DNA of 64,000 nucleotides from NCBI RefSeq assembly GCF_053078305.1, contig NZ_CP166879.1; one strand, 5' to 3'. Shown piece by piece: positions 61,486 to 64,000 of this stretch (position 1 is its first letter; each line of letters starts with the position of its first letter). The notes under the pieces were generated by a model. It saw only the letters and a program-made list of their open reading frames with translations, ran no database searches and was not told where the DNA came from. The position numbers and the translations under genes were made by a program.

Positions 61486-62688
61486 ATGTTAAAAGTGGAA
61501 ATGCTATCCACCGGGGATGAAGTGTTACACGGGCAAATCGTTGACACTAACGCTGCCTGGCTGGCCGATTTTTTCTTTCATCAGGGGTTGCCATTATCTC
61601 GCCGCAATACGGTGGGGGATAACCTTGATGACTTAGTCACCATTCTTCGCGAACGTAGTCAGCACGCCGATGTGCTGATCGTTAACGGCGGGCTGGGGCC
61701 GACCAGTGATGATTTAAGCGCACTCGCCGCTGCGACAGCAAAAGGTGAAGGCCTGGTGCTGCATGAAGCCTGGCTCAAAGAGATGGAACGCTATTTCCAC
61801 GAACGTGGACGAGTAATGGCACCGAGCAACCGTAAACAAGCGGAGCTGCCTGCCAGTGCTGAATTTATCAATAACCCGGTAGGCACCGCCTGTGGTTTTG
61901 CCGTGCAGCTTAATCGTTGCCTGATGTTCTTTACTCCCGGCGTACCGTCAGAATTTAAGGTGATGGTCGAGCACGAAATCCTGCCGCGCCTGCGCGAGCG
62001 TTTTTCTTTACCACAGCCGCCGGTTTGTCTGCGTTTAACTACCTTTGGTCGTTCGGAAAGCGATCTGGCACAAAGCCTGGACACTCTACAACTGCCGCCG
62101 GGCGTAACAATGGGCTATCGCTCCTCAATGCCGATCATCGAACTGAAACTCACCGGACCGGCAAGCGAGCAACAGGCGATGGAAAAACTGTGGCTGGACG
62201 TTAAACGTGTTGCCGGACAGAGCGTGATTTTCGAAGGCACCGAAGGACTGCCCGCGCAGATCAGTCGCGAATTGCAAAACCGCCAGTTCAGCCTGACGTT
62301 GAGCGAGCAATTCACCGGCGGTTTATTGGCTTTGCAACTTTCTCGCGCAGGTGCTCCACTGCTGGCGTGTGAAGTGGTTCCTTCACAGGAAGAAACCCTG
62401 GCGCAAACTGCGCACTGGATTACAGAACGGCGGGCCAACCATTTTGCCGGGCTGGCACTGGCTGTTTCGGGTTTCGAGAACGAGCATCTCAACTTTGCGC
62501 TAGCCACGCCAGATGGCACTTTCGCTCTGCGTGTGCGTTTCAGCACTATACGCTACAGCCTGGCTATCCGTCAGGAAGTGTGCGCAATGATGGCACTGAA
62601 TATGCTGCGCCGTTGGTTAAACGGCCAGGACATTGCCAGTGAGCATGGCTGGATTGAGGTTGTTGAGTCCATGACCTTATCCGTCTGA
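61486..62688 (+). CDS. yfaY: CinA-like protein YfaY
   Basis: 400 aa; N-terminal MoCF-biosynthesis/CinA domain (MLKVEMLSTGDEVLHGQIVDTNAAWLA). Confidence 0.85.
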   Translation: MLKVEMLSTGDEVLHGQIVDTNAAWLADFFFHQGLPLSRRNTVGDNLDDLVTILRERSQHADVLIVNGGLGPTSDDLSALAAATAKGEGLVLHEAWLKEMERYFHERGRVMAPSNRKQAELPASAEFINNPVGTACGFAVQLNRCLMFFTPGVPSEFKVMVEHEILPRLRERFSLPQPPVCLRLTTFGRSESDLAQSLDTLQLPPGVTMGYRSSMPIIELKLTGPASEQQAMEKLWLDVKRVAGQSVIFEGTEGLPAQISRELQNRQFSLTLSEQFTGGLLALQLSRAGAPLLACEVVPSQEETLAQTAHWITERRANHFAGLALAVSGFENEHLNFALATPDGTFALRVRFSTIRYSLAIRQEVCAMMALNMLRRWLNGQDIASEHGWIEVVESMTLSV

Positions 62689-62907
62689 TTCCGCCACTCT
62701 GTGCCGGTTTACTGCACCGGCACATTCCCCCTCCGGCAAAATTTGTCCAACCTGTTGTACTCAATAAGAAAAAATCCGTGCGCTGATTCACAAATTTGTG
62801 CGTAATTTCTCCAGTCCGTTGGACGAGGAGCGGGATTTGATGCGCTTCACAATTTTACTCCCCCTGAGCAACGAGACTGATTCCAGTATCTAAGACTGGA
62901 GTCCAGT

Positions 62908-63690
62908 ATGTTGGAATCAAGCAAAGTTCCCGCCCTGACACGGGCTATTGATATTCTCAATTTGATTGCCCGCATTGGCCCCTGTAATGCTGCGACGATC
63001 ATTGACACATTGGGGATCCCTAAAAGCACGGCCTATTTGCTGCTTAATGAACTCAGGCGTCAGCGTTTTCTTAGCCTTGATCACCAGGAAAAATTTTGTT
63101 TGTGGACCAAGCTGGTGGAGCTTTCCGGTCATGCGTTAAGCAAGATGGATCTCCGGGAACTGGCTCGACCGCGTTTGACGCAACTGATGGATACCACCGG
63201 GCTGTTATGTCACCTGGGGATTATTGATAACGGCAGCGCTTATTACATTTTGAAAGTGGAGTCATCAGCCACTATCAGCGTGCGTTCACATGAAGGAAAA
63301 AGCCTTTCGCTTTATCGCTCCGGAATAGGTAAATGCCTGCTTGCCTGGCAACCTGCAACTGTACAGCAAAGTATTATCGAAGGGCTGGTCTGGGAGCAGG
63401 CGACACCCACAACGATTACTCATCCACAGCAACTTCACGAAGAACTGGCGCGTATTCGCCGTCAGGGCTGGAGCTATGACAACGGCGAAGATTACGCCGA
63501 TGTCCGTTGTGTCGCTGCGCCGGTGTTTAACGCCAATAACGAGCTTACCGCTGCGATCTCGGTGGTCGGTACCCGCTTACAAATCAATGAAGAATACCGT
63601 GATTATCTGGCGGGCAAGGCCATTGCCTGCGCCAGGGATATTTCACGTCTGTTGGGATGGAAAAGTCCCTTTGACTTACAAGCCTCATAA
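62908..63690 (+). CDS. rhmR: IclR-family transcriptional regulator RhmR
   Basis: 260 aa; N-terminal HTH and IclR effector domain; immediately upstream of rhmD. Confidence 0.85.
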   Translation: MLESSKVPALTRAIDILNLIARIGPCNAATIIDTLGIPKSTAYLLLNELRRQRFLSLDHQEKFCLWTKLVELSGHALSKMDLRELARPRLTQLMDTTGLLCHLGIIDNGSAYYILKVESSATISVRSHEGKSLSLYRSGIGKCLLAWQPATVQQSIIEGLVWEQATPTTITHPQQLHEELARIRRQGWSYDNGEDYADVRCVAAPVFNANNELTAAISVVGTRLQINEEYRDYLAGKAIACARDISRLLGWKSPFDLQAS

Positions 63691-63704
63691 CAATGGAGAA
63701 CATC

Positions 63705-64000
63705 ATGACCCTACCAAAAATTAAACAGGTTCGCGCCTGGTTTACTGGCGGTGCGACAGCAGAAAAAGGCGCTGGCGGCGGTGATTATCACGACCAGGGG
63801 GCGAATCACTGGATAGACGATCATATTGCCACCCCGATGAGTAAATACCGCGATTATGAGCAGTCACGCCAGTCATTTGGCATTAACGTTCTTGGCACGT
63901 TGATTGTTGAAATCGAAGCAGAAAACGGCCAGACCGGATTCGCCGTTTCGACAGCCGGTGAAATGGGCTGTTTTATCGTCGAAAAACACCTTAACCGTTT
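63705..64000 (+). CDS. rhmD: L-rhamnonate dehydratase RhmD, N-terminal part (3' end outside window)
   Basis: Open frame from ATG at 63705 to window end; enolase-superfamily N-terminus ([16 protein letters not shown]…); not in ORF track because no stop in window. Confidence 0.8.
   Translation, partial: MTLPKIKQVRAWFTGGATAEKGAGGGDYHDQGANHWIDDHIATPMSKYRDYEQSRQSFGINVLGTLIVEIEAENGQTGFAVSTAGEMGCFIVEKHLNR

Overview
This window reads as a contiguous, largely core Escherichia coli-type chromosomal segment, syntenic with the K-12 his-transport to rhm region. Gene order: hisQ(partial)-hisM-hisP, rpnB(yfcI), yfcH, folX, yfcG/F/E/D, yfcC, pta-ackA, yfbV/U/T/S, yfbR, alaA, lrhA, the complete nuoA-N operon, a small AT-rich accessory islet (unnamed ORF, yfbN, split SUKH-like ORF, yfbM, yfbL, split yfbK), elaD, rbn, elaA, elaB, menFDHBCE, pmrD, the arnBCADTEF operon, ais, nudI, yfaZ, yfaY, rhmR and the start of rhmD. 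All calls come from reading the supplied ORF translations and recognising the protein families and gene order from memory; no database search was run. I see no tRNA/rRNA genes, CRISPR arrays, IS elements, prophage or obvious defence/toxin cassette. I do not find a convincing novel multi-gene system. The most unusual content is the nuoN-to-yfbK islet, which carries two frameshifted genes (one at a C7/G7 homopolymer) and orphan immunity-like ORFs. The two frameshifts, the absence of room for a 282-aa yfbP and the 158-aa ORF next to nuoN suggest this is not K-12 MG1655 itself, but that rests on recalled K-12 gene lengths and is unverified. Other noted items: an exact CreB-type direct repeat near ackA/yfbV, a candidate PmrA box upstream of arnB, REP-like palindromes, a structured nuoB-nuoC spacer and a 27-bp in-frame tandem repeat in elaD.
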